Below are positions 8,559-18,332 of a DNA stretch of 64,000 nucleotides, piece after piece. The position numbers and the translations under genes are program-made. The notes beneath the pieces were generated by a model. It had not been told where the DNA came from. It did no database searches and worked only from the letters and a program-made list of their open reading frames with translations. The stretch is taken from the NCBI GenBank assembly GCA_026413945.1, contig JAOAJX010000002.1, positions 123,090-187,089 of the forward strand, in the 5' to 3' direction. How positions within the stretch are numbered: position 1 is the first letter of the stretch; the number at the start of each line of letters is the position of its first letter. Source of the DNA: Candidatus Iainarchaeum sp. Lineage in GTDB: Archaea; Iainarchaeota; Iainarchaeia; Iainarchaeales; DTGL01.

Positions 8559-10310
8559 ATGTGCGGAATAGTTGGCGTAATATCTGAAGAGCAAAATGCA
8601 GGTATTTTAGCATATAAAGCCCTCAAAAAGCTTGATTACCGTGGGTATGACAGCTGGGGTATTGCTATTTCAAACGGAAAAGGGATAAGCATATATAGGC
8701 AAGTAGGCAAAATAGGTGAGTTGCCAAAAAAAATGCATTGTGGCAATTTAGCAGTAGCGCATACAAGATGGGCAACGCATGGCAAAGTATGCCAAAAAAA
8801 CACCCACCCGCACGCATCACTGAATAAAAATATTTTTTTAGTGCACAATGGCATCGTTGAGAACTTCCAAGAGTTAAAGTCCTTTCTAAAGAGTAGTGGT
8901 TTTTCGTTCAGAAGTGATACAGATACAGAAGTAATTCCAAATCTTATAGAACTTTATATAAATAGAGGTAAAAGCCTAAGAGATGCGACAAGACTCGCAC
9001 TAAAAAAAATCAAGGGGAGTTTTGCAGTAATTTTATTTGCAAAAGGTCACAATTATATGATTGCCGCCAAGCGTGACCTTCCATTAGTGATTGGCATCGC
9101 TGAAAGAAAAAAATTTGTTGCAAGTGATCTACTTGCTATTGCCAAAAAAGCACGAGGTTTTTTGTTCCTAAGCGACAACGAGATTGCCGAGATCGGTAAT
9201 GAGGCAAAGTTCTTCGATATCGGAAGTGGAAGGCCAAAGTTTAAGAGGTTTGAACACCTTGCTGTTGATAATCTCGAAAGTTACAAAAATGGCAACAAAC
9301 ACTACATGATTAAAGAAATAAAGGAGTGTCCAATTGCAATGAAAAATGCCTGTATTCAGCCAATAGAATTGCTAGATAATACTACAAAAGAGATCCGAAA
9401 AGCAAAAAAGATTTTTTTAATTGGCTGCGGCACAAGTTACCACGCGGCTCTTTTCGGTGCATGGTTATTTCGTAGCATAGCAAAAAAAGATGCTGTTGCA
9501 GTTTTAGCACCAGATCTTAAAAGCTATAGCAAACTCCTGGGAAAAGCTGCTTTGGTTGTGGCGCTGTCACAAAGTGGTGAGACTGCCGATGTAATCGACG
9601 CTGTGCGCCTTGCAAGAAGAAGTGGTGCGAAAATTTTATCCCTAACTAATGTTTTTAACTCTACGCTTACAAGACATAGCCACATAAAAATGATGATGAA
9701 CGCTGGCCCTGAGATTTGTGTTGCATCTACTAAAAACTATGCCGCACAGATTTCACTGCTTTATCTTCTAGCCAATGCATGTATAAGCAGAAGAAACTAT
9801 GCAAAAAAGGAAATTTTTATTGCTGCAAAACAAGCACAAGAAACAATTAGAGAAAACAGCAGAATCGCGAGAGCTATTTCAAAGAAGCTAGCTAACTCCA
9901 AAAGCGCTTTTGTGATAGGCTCAGAAGAAAACGCTTTTGTGGCCTTTGAAGGCGCATTGAAGATTAAGGAGGTTAGCTATATACATGCTGAAGGTCTTCC
10001 GGCCAAGGAACTAAAGCATGGAACAATAGCGCTCGTAGAAAAAGGTCTGCCTGTTATCGTGATATGCACCAAAAGCGATGACTTTGCCTTGCACAGCGCA
10101 CACGAGGTAAAATCTAGGGGTGCTTTTGTTATAGGCATATCTACAGAGAAAAACAATGTATTTGACTTTTTCATAAGAGTGCCAAGAGGCCCTCTTAGCA
10201 GCCTTCTAACAGCAATTCAATTGCAGCTTATAGCATATTATCTTGCAGTCGAGCGAAAAAATGATCCAGATAAGCCGAGAAACTTAGCTAAGTCTGTAAC
10301 TGTTAGGTGA
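8559..10310 (+). CDS. glmS: Glutamine--fructose-6-phosphate aminotransferase
   Basis: MCGIVG N-terminus; HTRWATHG; HNGIVEN; SQSGETAD; ELKHG; PRNLAKSVT. Confidence 0.98.
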   Translation: MCGIVGVISEEQNAGILAYKALKKLDYRGYDSWGIAISNGKGISIYRQVGKIGELPKKMHCGNLAVAHTRWATHGKVCQKNTHPHASLNKNIFLVHNGIVENFQELKSFLKSSGFSFRSDTDTEVIPNLIELYINRGKSLRDATRLALKKIKGSFAVILFAKGHNYMIAAKRDLPLVIGIAERKKFVASDLLAIAKKARGFLFLSDNEIAEIGNEAKFFDIGSGRPKFKRFEHLAVDNLESYKNGNKHYMIKEIKECPIAMKNACIQPIELLDNTTKEIRKAKKIFLIGCGTSYHAALFGAWLFRSIAKKDAVAVLAPDLKSYSKLLGKAALVVALSQSGETADVIDAVRLARRSGAKILSLTNVFNSTLTRHSHIKMMMNAGPEICVASTKNYAAQISLLYLLANACISRRNYAKKEIFIAAKQAQETIRENSRIARAISKKLANSKSAFVIGSEENAFVAFEGALKIKEVSYIHAEGLPAKELKHGTIALVEKGLPVIVICTKSDDFALHSAHEVKSRGAFVIGISTEKNNVFDFFIRVPRGPLSSLLTAIQLQLIAYYLAVERKNDPDKPRNLAKSVTVR

Positions 10311-11662
10311 TTGCTATGGGAAAGCTTTTTGGAACTGATGGCATAAGGGGCATTGCAAATGAATTTCCTATGGAGCCAAATGCAATTGTTTCAATAGGAA
10401 AAGCCGTAGGTACTTATTTGAGTAAAAAATATATGAGGCCTAGCATTGTAGTTGGCAAAGACACTCGCCTTAGCGGATACATGGTTGAGAATGCAATCAC
10501 ATCAGGCCTATTGTCATCAGGCTGTGACGTAATGCTTGTAGGCCCAATGCCAACCCCTGCAATATCTCACCTTATAAAATCCTTGAATTGCGAGGCTGGA
10601 ATAATGATAAGCGCCTCACACAATCCTGCAGAACATAATGGGATTAAAGTTTTTGATGAAAATGGCTTCAAGCTATCTGAAGAATTTGAGAAAAACATAG
10701 AGAAAATCTTCTTCTCTGAGAAGAGTCTCTTAAAAAATAAAAGAAAAGTGGCTATAGGCAAAGCCCAGAGGATTGATGATGCAAGAGGTCGCTATATAGA
10801 ATTTGTGAAAAGCACCATTGAAAACTGTTCTCTCGAAGGACTTAGGGTTGTGGTTGACTGCGCAAATGGTGCAGCTTATGCGATCGCACCAAAAGTTTTT
10901 TCTGAGCTTGGGGCTGAAGTTAATGCAATAAATATATGCCCAGATGGCCTCAATATAAACGAAGGGTGCGGTGCACTACATCCTGAAAAAATGTGTGATA
11001 TTGTAAAAAGAACAAAAGCTAATTTTGGTGTTGCATTCGATGGTGATGCCGATAGGCTCATAGTTTGTGACGAAAAAGGTGTTGTTGCGGATGGTGATAT
11101 ATTATTGGGTTTGTTTGCAGAGAATATGCTAAAAAATGGATTTTGGAGGGAAAAAGCTGTAGTCGCGACAAAAATGAGCAATATGGGTCTTGAAATGTTT
11201 CTCGCTGAAAGGGGCATAAAGCTAATAAAAACAGATGTTGGCGACAGGAATGTTGCTGAAAAAATGCGCGAACAAGGTATCTTGCTTGGTGGGGAGAAAT
11301 CTGGTCATTTGCTTTTCAGAAAATACAACGAAACGCCTGATGCAATTGTTGCTGCGCTGCAGCTTGCAAAGCTTTTAAAAGAAGAACAAAAAAAGCTCAG
11401 CATTTTGAGGTCAAAAATCTTTCTTTTTCCACAAGTGATAATAAATGTGCCAGTAAGGGAAAAGAGGCCTCTTCAAAAGACTCATGCGGTTATGAAAGAA
11501 ATAAAAATTGCTAAAGAAATCCTTGGTTCTGAAGGCCGAGTTTTTGTAAGATATTCTGGAACTGAAAACTTAGCAAGAGTAATGGTTGAAGGCAAATCGG
11601 AAAAGGTAATTAAAAAAATCGCAAGAGGAATAGGATCAGCAATAAAGAGTGAGCTCGGATGA
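10307..11662 (+). CDS. glmM: Phosphoglucosamine mutase
   Basis: LFGTDGIRG; SASHNP; DGDADR; RYSGTE. ATG at 10316 is an alternative start. Confidence 0.96.
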   Translation: MIAMGKLFGTDGIRGIANEFPMEPNAIVSIGKAVGTYLSKKYMRPSIVVGKDTRLSGYMVENAITSGLLSSGCDVMLVGPMPTPAISHLIKSLNCEAGIMISASHNPAEHNGIKVFDENGFKLSEEFEKNIEKIFFSEKSLLKNKRKVAIGKAQRIDDARGRYIEFVKSTIENCSLEGLRVVVDCANGAAYAIAPKVFSELGAEVNAINICPDGLNINEGCGALHPEKMCDIVKRTKANFGVAFDGDADRLIVCDEKGVVADGDILLGLFAENMLKNGFWREKAVVATKMSNMGLEMFLAERGIKLIKTDVGDRNVAEKMREQGILLGGEKSGHLLFRKYNETPDAIVAALQLAKLLKEEQKKLSILRSKIFLFPQVIINVPVREKRPLQKTHAVMKEIKIAKEILGSEGRVFVRYSGTENLARVMVEGKSEKVIKKIARGIGSAIKSELG

Positions 11663-12279
11663 GACCAAAAAAAATAGTTAGTGAAGCAGAGAAAATTATC
11701 GAAAAAAGCAGGCCAAATTTTTGGGAAGTTATAAATCTTCTTGACTATTTGGATCTAAAAAAAACAACTGACAAGAATAATATTGAGAAAAATGTTGTTG
11801 TAAATGGAGTTTTATGTGCAGCCAAAGGAGCAATAATAAAATCAGGCACATATATTGAAGGTCTTGTTTATGTTGGCAAAAATAGTGTTATTGGCCCAAA
11901 TGCATATTTAAGAGGTAATACAATAATAGATAAAGATTGCAAAATCTCAAACTCTGAGGTTAAAAATAGCATACTCCTAGAAGGAGCTAAAGTGCCACAC
12001 TTTTCGTATATTGGTGATTCAATAATTGGCAAAAGTGTAAACATGGGTGCGGGTTCAAAAATAGCTAATTTGAGAATGGATGGCTCCACTGTTAAAGTTG
12101 ACTTTTTTGGAGATAAAGTGGATTCTGGTAAACGAAAACTTGGGGCTTTAGTAAAAAACGGGGCAAGCATAGGCGTAAATGCAACTTTAAACTGCGGCGT
12201 AATAATAGGAAAAAATTGCATTATATATCCTGGCACATTTGTAAGGAAGAGCGCCAAAGATAATGAGAAAATCTTTTAG
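11659..12279 (+). CDS. Stand-alone GlmU-type left-handed beta-helix acetyltransferase domain
   Basis: Hexapeptide repeats; IGPNAYLRG, SEVKNS, PHFSYIGDSIIG, ANLR, GKRKLGA as in the archaeal GlmU C-terminus; no nucleotidyltransferase domain. Confidence 0.85.
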   Translation: MRPKKIVSEAEKIIEKSRPNFWEVINLLDYLDLKKTTDKNNIEKNVVVNGVLCAAKGAIIKSGTYIEGLVYVGKNSVIGPNAYLRGNTIIDKDCKISNSEVKNSILLEGAKVPHFSYIGDSIIGKSVNMGAGSKIANLRMDGSTVKVDFFGDKVDSGKRKLGALVKNGASIGVNATLNCGVIIGKNCIIYPGTFVRKSAKDNEKIF

Positions 12280-12291
12280 AACTTTGAAATG

Positions 12292-15219
12292 TCATAATGG
12301 ATTTACTACATGGCCGGCAACCGCATCAACGAAAAATCTTTTCTTAATTTTTGTCTTTGAGTTTTCAGTTATGCATTCATAAACAGGCCAATATATTTCT
12401 TTAATTGCAGTTATAACCATGCGTTTCCATATTCTTTGCAAAAGGTCGCGAACTTCGTTTTTTGTATATTTTTCTTGTTCTTTCATAAGTACTTCCGAAT
12501 TAACTAATGGCAAATCTTGAAGTGATTGGTGCAATGGATGCATTGGGCTTGGCGGCAAGTCGAAGTCTTTGCTAAGCCTATAAAGAATCATGCCTTCTTT
12601 GTTGAATATTTCCGCTAAACCAATATCACAAAGGCGCTTAAGTATTTTCTTCACACGATCCTCATCGAGGAAAGACCTTCTGCTTATGTGATATGCAGTT
12701 AGGGGCTCTGTGAGGAAATTAAGAACAAAGATTTCTTCTGCTGACAAAGAATAAAGTTCTTTTAGGCCTTTAGAATGGACAAAGCCCTTAATAAAGTGTA
12801 TGAATTCACCATTCAAAGAATTTACAAAAAGTGTTCCTTGCCTAAAGTTCTGTTCCTTTGTAAAATAATTGAACTCAACCTTGTAAAGCGGGATGTGCTT
12901 AAGATTAATCTCTAGTAGCTTCTCGGTGCTACCAAACAAGAAAAAGCCGGAAAGCTTTTTCTTTATTTTTGTTTCAATTGATTCTCTTGAAACATTTGCA
13001 GGAAAACTCAAAAGCTCAATAACGCCTTGCTGCGACACAGGCTTTTGTATTGGTTGCTCTTTTTGAGGCATTTGTTCTTGAGTTTTCAAAACTTCTTGCT
13101 GCACGGAAGGGGCTTTTGTAACATCTTCTTCTCTTTTTAATGGCCTTTGAATCTTGTCTTCAAGTACAACAAGGCCTTCCTTTTCAAGTATTGTTGCACC
13201 TTTCTTTTCAAGCTCTGCTAAAATTGCCTTCTTATCGACGCTTGAGCTGTACTTTGCATTTAGAGAGTTCAGAGTCCTAAATATTTCAGCAAGCTTTGCT
13301 TGACCATCTCTTTTAAGGCGAGACCAATACATTGAGGTTATAAGGGTTAAAACCTGCTCATTGCTCAGTGAAACTTTAGTTTCAGCTGTTTCTATCTCAC
13401 GGCCTTCGTGTTGGCTCATCCTGGGCCTTATGCGCATCACAAATCCGCGGCTTGTTTCCTCGCGCCTATCACATACAAGAGCTACACCAACAGGCAGAGT
13501 CCTTATGAAAGAACCAGTTTTATACCTATGTGGAATTATTGCTGGTGTTCTTTTATAAACTGCCTTTATATCATCGTTGAAAACAAGCTTATGCACAATT
13601 ATTATGTCAAGCTGGCTAAGAACTCTTACATCTATTGCTGATGGTTGCTGTGTAGCAAAAACAAGCGAGCATCCTGGGCGCCTTCCTTGCTTTACATATT
13701 CTATCAATGCATCGCTAGCCGCTGTCTTAATATTCCCGCTTGGTATTAGCGTATGCGCTTCATCTAATATAAGCCAAGTAGGGGGTATTTCAATCTCAAG
13801 CATTTCTTCACTTGATTCAAATCTTTTAGCAGCTTCTTTTCTTGTTGCAATTTTTCTTGCAGCGAGTGTGCGCCTTGCCAAGATTCCTATTACAAGTGCG
13901 GTAACATTATCATCCAAAAAGCTTGTGTCTATTATTGTCATTTGCCCTTCACGGCTAAGCTCTGACAAAGGCGTGCCCTGTACATCAAAAATTCCCCAAG
14001 ATTTTGATGCTTCAAATCTGCTAACTAACGCACGTATGGAATCAACCTTAAAACCCTTGTCTCTAGAACTCAAGTCAATATCGTTCTCAAGACAGAAGAT
14101 TATGTCATCAATTGAATATTCTTTGGTGCCTTTTATGCGCTCTTTGTTTACAGTCATATAGCCCTTTGCAACTTTATCAAGTGCCTTTTCTAGCAATAAG
14201 CCGGTTGGGCTAAAGCGCTCAAGCCCAAATGTAAGGCACCAGTCTTGTGCTGTAAGCATTGATGGCTTTATTGAAAATGTGGCATCATATGTGCCAGCAG
14301 GTGTTTGCTTTTCCATCCCTTTTGGTATAAAAACGACGATGTTCTCAAGACCTCTTGGTTCAAGCCCCCAGCCTTTCAAAGAAGCGAGCTCTCTTTCTTC
14401 ACGATTAGCATATCGCATGCTCCAGAATACACCAACGGGATCTACAACAATAATGCCTACATTCTTATTCTTTAATGCGAGCTCTTCAGCTATAACCCCC
14501 AAAACATAGCTTTTGCCACTGCCTCTTGCACCACATACAAAAACAACATGCGGTCCCAAGCTGTCCATCAGGATGTTCTTTTCAGGATAATTTTCTTCTG
14601 AAACCCTGCCTATAAAAAGTGCGGCTTCAGAGCCATATTTTTCAAATGTTGACTTGCTTCTGCCAATAAAGGCGTTTCCATCAGCATCCTCTAAAAAACT
14701 AAGTTTTGGAAGTATTTCAAGAGTTGGCTCGGAAACAAATATTTTACCCTCAGGAGCAGTTTCGTCAACAAAATCCTTTAAATCATCTTCGCTAGTTTCT
14801 TGCTGCTTATCGGCTGCTTCACCACCAAGTGCTTCTTTGCCACTTTCTGTTTGTTCAGACGGAAGTGTTGCCTCTGCTTTTGTTTCTTTTTTATCACTGA
14901 GCTTTCTCTTCTTTGTGCTTTGCTTACTCTTTTTATGTACCTCAATTAATTCTTCTGCAGTTTCTTGAGATGTGCTTTCCTTCTGTGCTCTGACTTGCGG
15001 AGAAGCTTTTTCTTCATCTTCAGTAGAGCTTCCTTTTGCTTCCTTGTTCTGCGGCTCCTTTGCATATATGCTTTTTTGCATCTTTTCTGATTCTTTTTTG
15101 GCTGCCTCGTTCAGCTTCTTTCTTGCTTCTTTTAGCTCATCATCAAGGCCAAAGACATCTTCAAATAAGTCTTCTTCTTTAGAATCTTTTTCAACTTCAA
15201 CCCTTTTTTCGTCAGCCAT
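12292..15219 (-). CDS. HerA/FtsK-like ATPase (DUF87) with a long charged N-terminus and C-terminal extension
   Basis: Walker A GARGSGKS; VVDPVG; Walker B LILDEAH; KQGRRPG; ATQQP. Confidence 0.88.
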   Translation of the reverse strand: MADEKRVEVEKDSKEEDLFEDVFGLDDELKEARKKLNEAAKKESEKMQKSIYAKEPQNKEAKGSSTEDEEKASPQVRAQKESTSQETAEELIEVHKKSKQSTKKRKLSDKKETKAEATLPSEQTESGKEALGGEAADKQQETSEDDLKDFVDETAPEGKIFVSEPTLEILPKLSFLEDADGNAFIGRSKSTFEKYGSEAALFIGRVSEENYPEKNILMDSLGPHVVFVCGARGSGKSYVLGVIAEELALKNKNVGIIVVDPVGVFWSMRYANREERELASLKGWGLEPRGLENIVVFIPKGMEKQTPAGTYDATFSIKPSMLTAQDWCLTFGLERFSPTGLLLEKALDKVAKGYMTVNKERIKGTKEYSIDDIIFCLENDIDLSSRDKGFKVDSIRALVSRFEASKSWGIFDVQGTPLSELSREGQMTIIDTSFLDDNVTALVIGILARRTLAARKIATRKEAAKRFESSEEMLEIEIPPTWLILDEAHTLIPSGNIKTAASDALIEYVKQGRRPGCSLVFATQQPSAIDVRVLSQLDIIIVHKLVFNDDIKAVYKRTPAIIPHRYKTGSFIRTLPVGVALVCDRREETSRGFVMRIRPRMSQHEGREIETAETKVSLSNEQVLTLITSMYWSRLKRDGQAKLAEIFRTLNSLNAKYSSSVDKKAILAELEKKGATILEKEGLVVLEDKIQRPLKREEDVTKAPSVQQEVLKTQEQMPQKEQPIQKPVSQQGVIELLSFPANVSRESIETKIKKKLSGFFLFGSTEKLLEINLKHIPLYKVEFNYFTKEQNFRQGTLFVNSLNGEFIHFIKGFVHSKGLKELYSLSAEEIFVLNFLTEPLTAYHISRRSFLDEDRVKKILKRLCDIGLAEIFNKEGMILYRLSKDFDLPPSPMHPLHQSLQDLPLVNSEVLMKEQEKYTKNEVRDLLQRIWKRMVITAIKEIYWPVYECITENSKTKIKKRFFVDAVAGHVVNPL

Positions 15220-15347
15220 TTATCTCACGGCAAAAAAATTAACTTATTTACCATATATTAGAGTTTTCCATATATTAAATATTTACTTTTAATTTAGCAT
15301 TTAATTTAGTAGGCACCTTTGGCCTTTAAAAAGCATTAATACGTTGC

Positions 15348-15938
15348 TCAACCACAAGTAATCTCTTCTTTTGCAACCAAGCCATCTTTGTTCTTGTCAA
15401 AAAGCCTAGTGTACCAATGCTTGCTTTTGTCAGCTAGAGCAGAGTAGCAATTGCCTGGCTTAATAAAGTTTGACAGCTCAGAATTTTTGGCTTCTGCGCT
15501 CAAGCCTTGGCTTTGCCAAAAATTACATAGGGCTTCAGTGCATCTTGCCATTGTAAGTGGGCTACCACCGATATTGCACTCTATCAGCTGTGAGCAGTAA
15601 ATTGTATCCTCACATATGCCAGTACCTATAAGAAAACCCTCGTCATAGCCGCTTATCACGCAATCTTTGGTTAGATCAAGGCCTTTATTGTCGCCACCAA
15701 TGGTTTCCTTACAAAAGTCAGCGATGGTTTTCATGCTTGGCGAGGCCCTAGCTGTATTGCACAATGTCATGCATTTTGTTTCTGCTACTCTCTTAGCTTC
15801 GAGCAGCTTCTCTTCGCAGTTTTTGAGAGGCGGATTAACGTATTGGGTTACAAGTTGTATGACGAGAAGCGCTACTACAAGGGCAACAAACAGGATTATG
15901 AAGGTATTTATTGCAATTTCCATGCCTTTTTGGTCCAC
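15348..15938 (-). CDS. Cys-rich type IV pilin-like protein with a class III signal peptide
   Basis: MDQKG|MEIAINTFIILFVALVVALLVI prepilin-type cleavage site followed by a hydrophobic helix; many Cys residues. Confidence 0.7.
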   Translation of the reverse strand: MDQKGMEIAINTFIILFVALVVALLVIQLVTQYVNPPLKNCEEKLLEAKRVAETKCMTLCNTARASPSMKTIADFCKETIGGDNKGLDLTKDCVISGYDEGFLIGTGICEDTIYCSQLIECNIGGSPLTMARCTEALCNFWQSQGLSAEAKNSELSNFIKPGNCYSALADKSKHWYTRLFDKNKDGLVAKEEITCG

Positions 15939-16056
15939 AAAACCACCATAGGTATAAATGCTGAACTCTTTTATAAGATTTTCCTTTAAGCGCCTAATTT
16001 TAAAAACGAGGCATCACATTTAAAACATTTAAACAAGGAATATTTTTGCAGTATGG

Positions 16057-16128
16057 GGGCTGGTAGCTCAATGGCAGAGCGCTTCCCTCGCACGGAAGAG
16101 GCTCCGGGTTCAAGTCCCGGCCAGTCCA
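16057..16128 (+). tRNA. tRNA-Ala(CGC)
   Basis: GGGCTGG/CCAGTCC acceptor stem with G3:U70; anticodon arm CTTCC-CT-CGC-AC-GGAAG; T-loop TTCAAGT. Confidence 0.97.
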
Positions 16129-16129
16129 T

Positions 16130-16564
16130 ATGCATGAATATTCGCTTGCACAAGCTGTTTTGAACAGTGTTGAGGAATTCATTAGTAGAAACAAAGCAAA
16201 GGGCAAAGTTATTGTTAAAATTTCATTTGGTGAGCTTCAGCACCTGGGTGCTGAACAGTTTAAAGACATTCTTCAGAAAGCAGCAAGGGAGAGAAGAATT
16301 AAAGCTGAGTTCTTTGTTGAAAACGAGCTTGCATCATTTAGATGTTTTTCTTGCCATAACGAATGGGAAAATGAGAAAAAGCAGTATATTGTAAAAAGTC
16401 ACTCTCATGAAGAAGACAGTTTATGCCATGAACATGAGCACCACGAATTAGTTGAAGATGTAAGATGCCCAAGGTGTGGAAGCGATGATATTGAAATAAT
16501 AAAAGGAATAGATGTTAAAATAAAGGAGATAATCATTGATACAAAAAAAGCAAGGAGTGAATAA
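16130..16564 (+). CDS. hypA: Hydrogenase nickel chaperone HypA with a His-rich insert
   Basis: MHE N-terminus; CFSC and CPRC zinc pairs; HSHEE..CHEHEHHE insert. Confidence 0.93.
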   Translation: MHEYSLAQAVLNSVEEFISRNKAKGKVIVKISFGELQHLGAEQFKDILQKAARERRIKAEFFVENELASFRCFSCHNEWENEKKQYIVKSHSHEEDSLCHEHEHHELVEDVRCPRCGSDDIEIIKGIDVKIKEIIIDTKKARSE

Positions 16565-18284
16565 TTTGATAGAAAATCTAAAGCATAGGTTAAAAGATAG
16601 GGAAAAAACGATTGCATTTGCAATCTTGGCTGTATTTTTCCTAATCAGCACAACGTCAATACTCAATAAGTACCTCACAATGGATGAATCAGTGTATATA
16701 GTTGCTGGATATTCTTATCTAAAGACTTCAGACTTCAGAATCAATTGGGAACATCCGGTTTTCATGAAAGCGCTATATGGCTTACCATTGCTTTTTTTGA
16801 ATCCGAAGCTTCCTACGGAATACAACCAAAATTGGGAAAGATGCGCAAATAATGATGTACCAGCAAGCTATGGCTTCGCTTCTGATTTCTATATTCAAAA
16901 CAAAGATATGCTGCGCAGCATAATATTTTGGCCTCGCATAGTGGCAATAATCGTAGCAACTATGCTTGGAGCAACTGTCTTCCTCTGGGCCAGAGATGCA
17001 TTTGGGCCCAGAGCAGGAATTTTTGCTTTGATCTTGTATTGTTTTGAGCCAAACATAATTGCCCATGGAAGCATTGCAACTCTTGATATTCCCATGACAT
17101 TCTTTTTGTTTTCAAGTTTTTACACGATGTGGAAATTCATAAAAAGTGGCAAAAAGAGATTTATTATGCTTTCAGGGCTCTGTATAGCGCTTGCAATAAT
17201 GACAAAGTATACAGCACTTATGTTTGTACCCTTGCTATTTTTTTTCTCACTTTTTTATTTTGGAGAAGTTAGAGGCAAAGCGAAACAAAAAAGGCCTGAG
17301 ATTAAAAAAAGACAAACTATTTTTTTTGTATTGCTGACATACGGGACAATACTCTTATGCCTTATATTGCCAACTTTGGTCATAACAAATATTATTTATT
17401 CTTTTGACACCTACAAGGAAAAATACTTTTATGTTTTGCCAGCCAGGGTTTTTGAAGGCTATAAATTTATGAGCGACTGGGTTCAAGGTGGCCGCGAAGG
17501 TTGGTTCTTCGGACAATTTAGGCAATACATCCCAGAATATTACCTTGGCTCCTTCTTGATAAAAACTACCTTACCATTTTTGCTATTCTCAACTTTTTCA
17601 GTTATTTTGTTTTCATTTTCAATTTTAAAATATTTGCTCAAGAAGACTGCTATTAGTAAAGAAGAAGTGAGGCTTAAAAAGGCTGAGATCATTAATCTAG
17701 CAGCGGTTGCCTTTCCAGGATTAATTTTTTTTATGGCGCTTTCAATATTTGGAAGATTTTATATTGGCTTCAGGTATGCGCTGCCTGCTTTTCCTTTCCT
17801 AATTGTGTTTGTCTCGGGAAACATTTCACCACATATAAAAAACCCGCTGAAAGAAAAGAGAAAAATAATCTCTATTGCAATAATGACTGTGCTTTGCTGG
17901 CACATAGTTTCTGCTGTGTTTATATACCCACATTACCTTGCGTATTTCAACGAACTTATTGGCGGACCTGCTAATGGCCCAAAATACCTAACTGACTCTA
18001 GCATTGATTGGGGACAGGATTTTTTCTATTTTATGGATTTTGCAAAAAAGCGCAATTGGGATAATCCACACCTAATATATTTTGGCTGGCCATATCCTAC
18101 ATTCTTAATGAAGTTTTATTGGGAAGATATATGTGAGTGGCGCGAAGATAAATTTGCAATAAGTGTGAGCGCAATAACTGGTGTCGTTCCAGACTGGAAC
18201 TGCCATAGATGGCTCCTTAATTATGAACCAAAAGAAAGGATTGGATGGACTATATACTATTATGAATTTGATAGGCAGAAATAA
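16536..18284 (+). CDS. GT-C fold glycosyltransferase (ArnT/PMT-like)
   Basis: TMDE motif after TM1; EHPVFMK; EPNIIAHG; DSSIDWGQD; multiple TM helices. Confidence 0.85.
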   Translation: MIQKKQGVNNLIENLKHRLKDREKTIAFAILAVFFLISTTSILNKYLTMDESVYIVAGYSYLKTSDFRINWEHPVFMKALYGLPLLFLNPKLPTEYNQNWERCANNDVPASYGFASDFYIQNKDMLRSIIFWPRIVAIIVATMLGATVFLWARDAFGPRAGIFALILYCFEPNIIAHGSIATLDIPMTFFLFSSFYTMWKFIKSGKKRFIMLSGLCIALAIMTKYTALMFVPLLFFFSLFYFGEVRGKAKQKRPEIKKRQTIFFVLLTYGTILLCLILPTLVITNIIYSFDTYKEKYFYVLPARVFEGYKFMSDWVQGGREGWFFGQFRQYIPEYYLGSFLIKTTLPFLLFSTFSVILFSFSILKYLLKKTAISKEEVRLKKAEIINLAAVAFPGLIFFMALSIFGRFYIGFRYALPAFPFLIVFVSGNISPHIKNPLKEKRKIISIAIMTVLCWHIVSAVFIYPHYLAYFNELIGGPANGPKYLTDSSIDWGQDFFYFMDFAKKRNWDNPHLIYFGWPYPTFLMKFYWEDICEWREDKFAISVSAITGVVPDWNCHRWLLNYEPKERIGWTIYYYEFDRQK

Positions 18285-18332
18285 TGCAAAATTAAGCAAA
18301 TCTTTATAAGCTCAAATTATTTATAATCCTCT

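Noticed and set aside
16000-16206. 68-aa minus-strand ORF
   Set aside because: Antisense to tRNA-Ala and hypA
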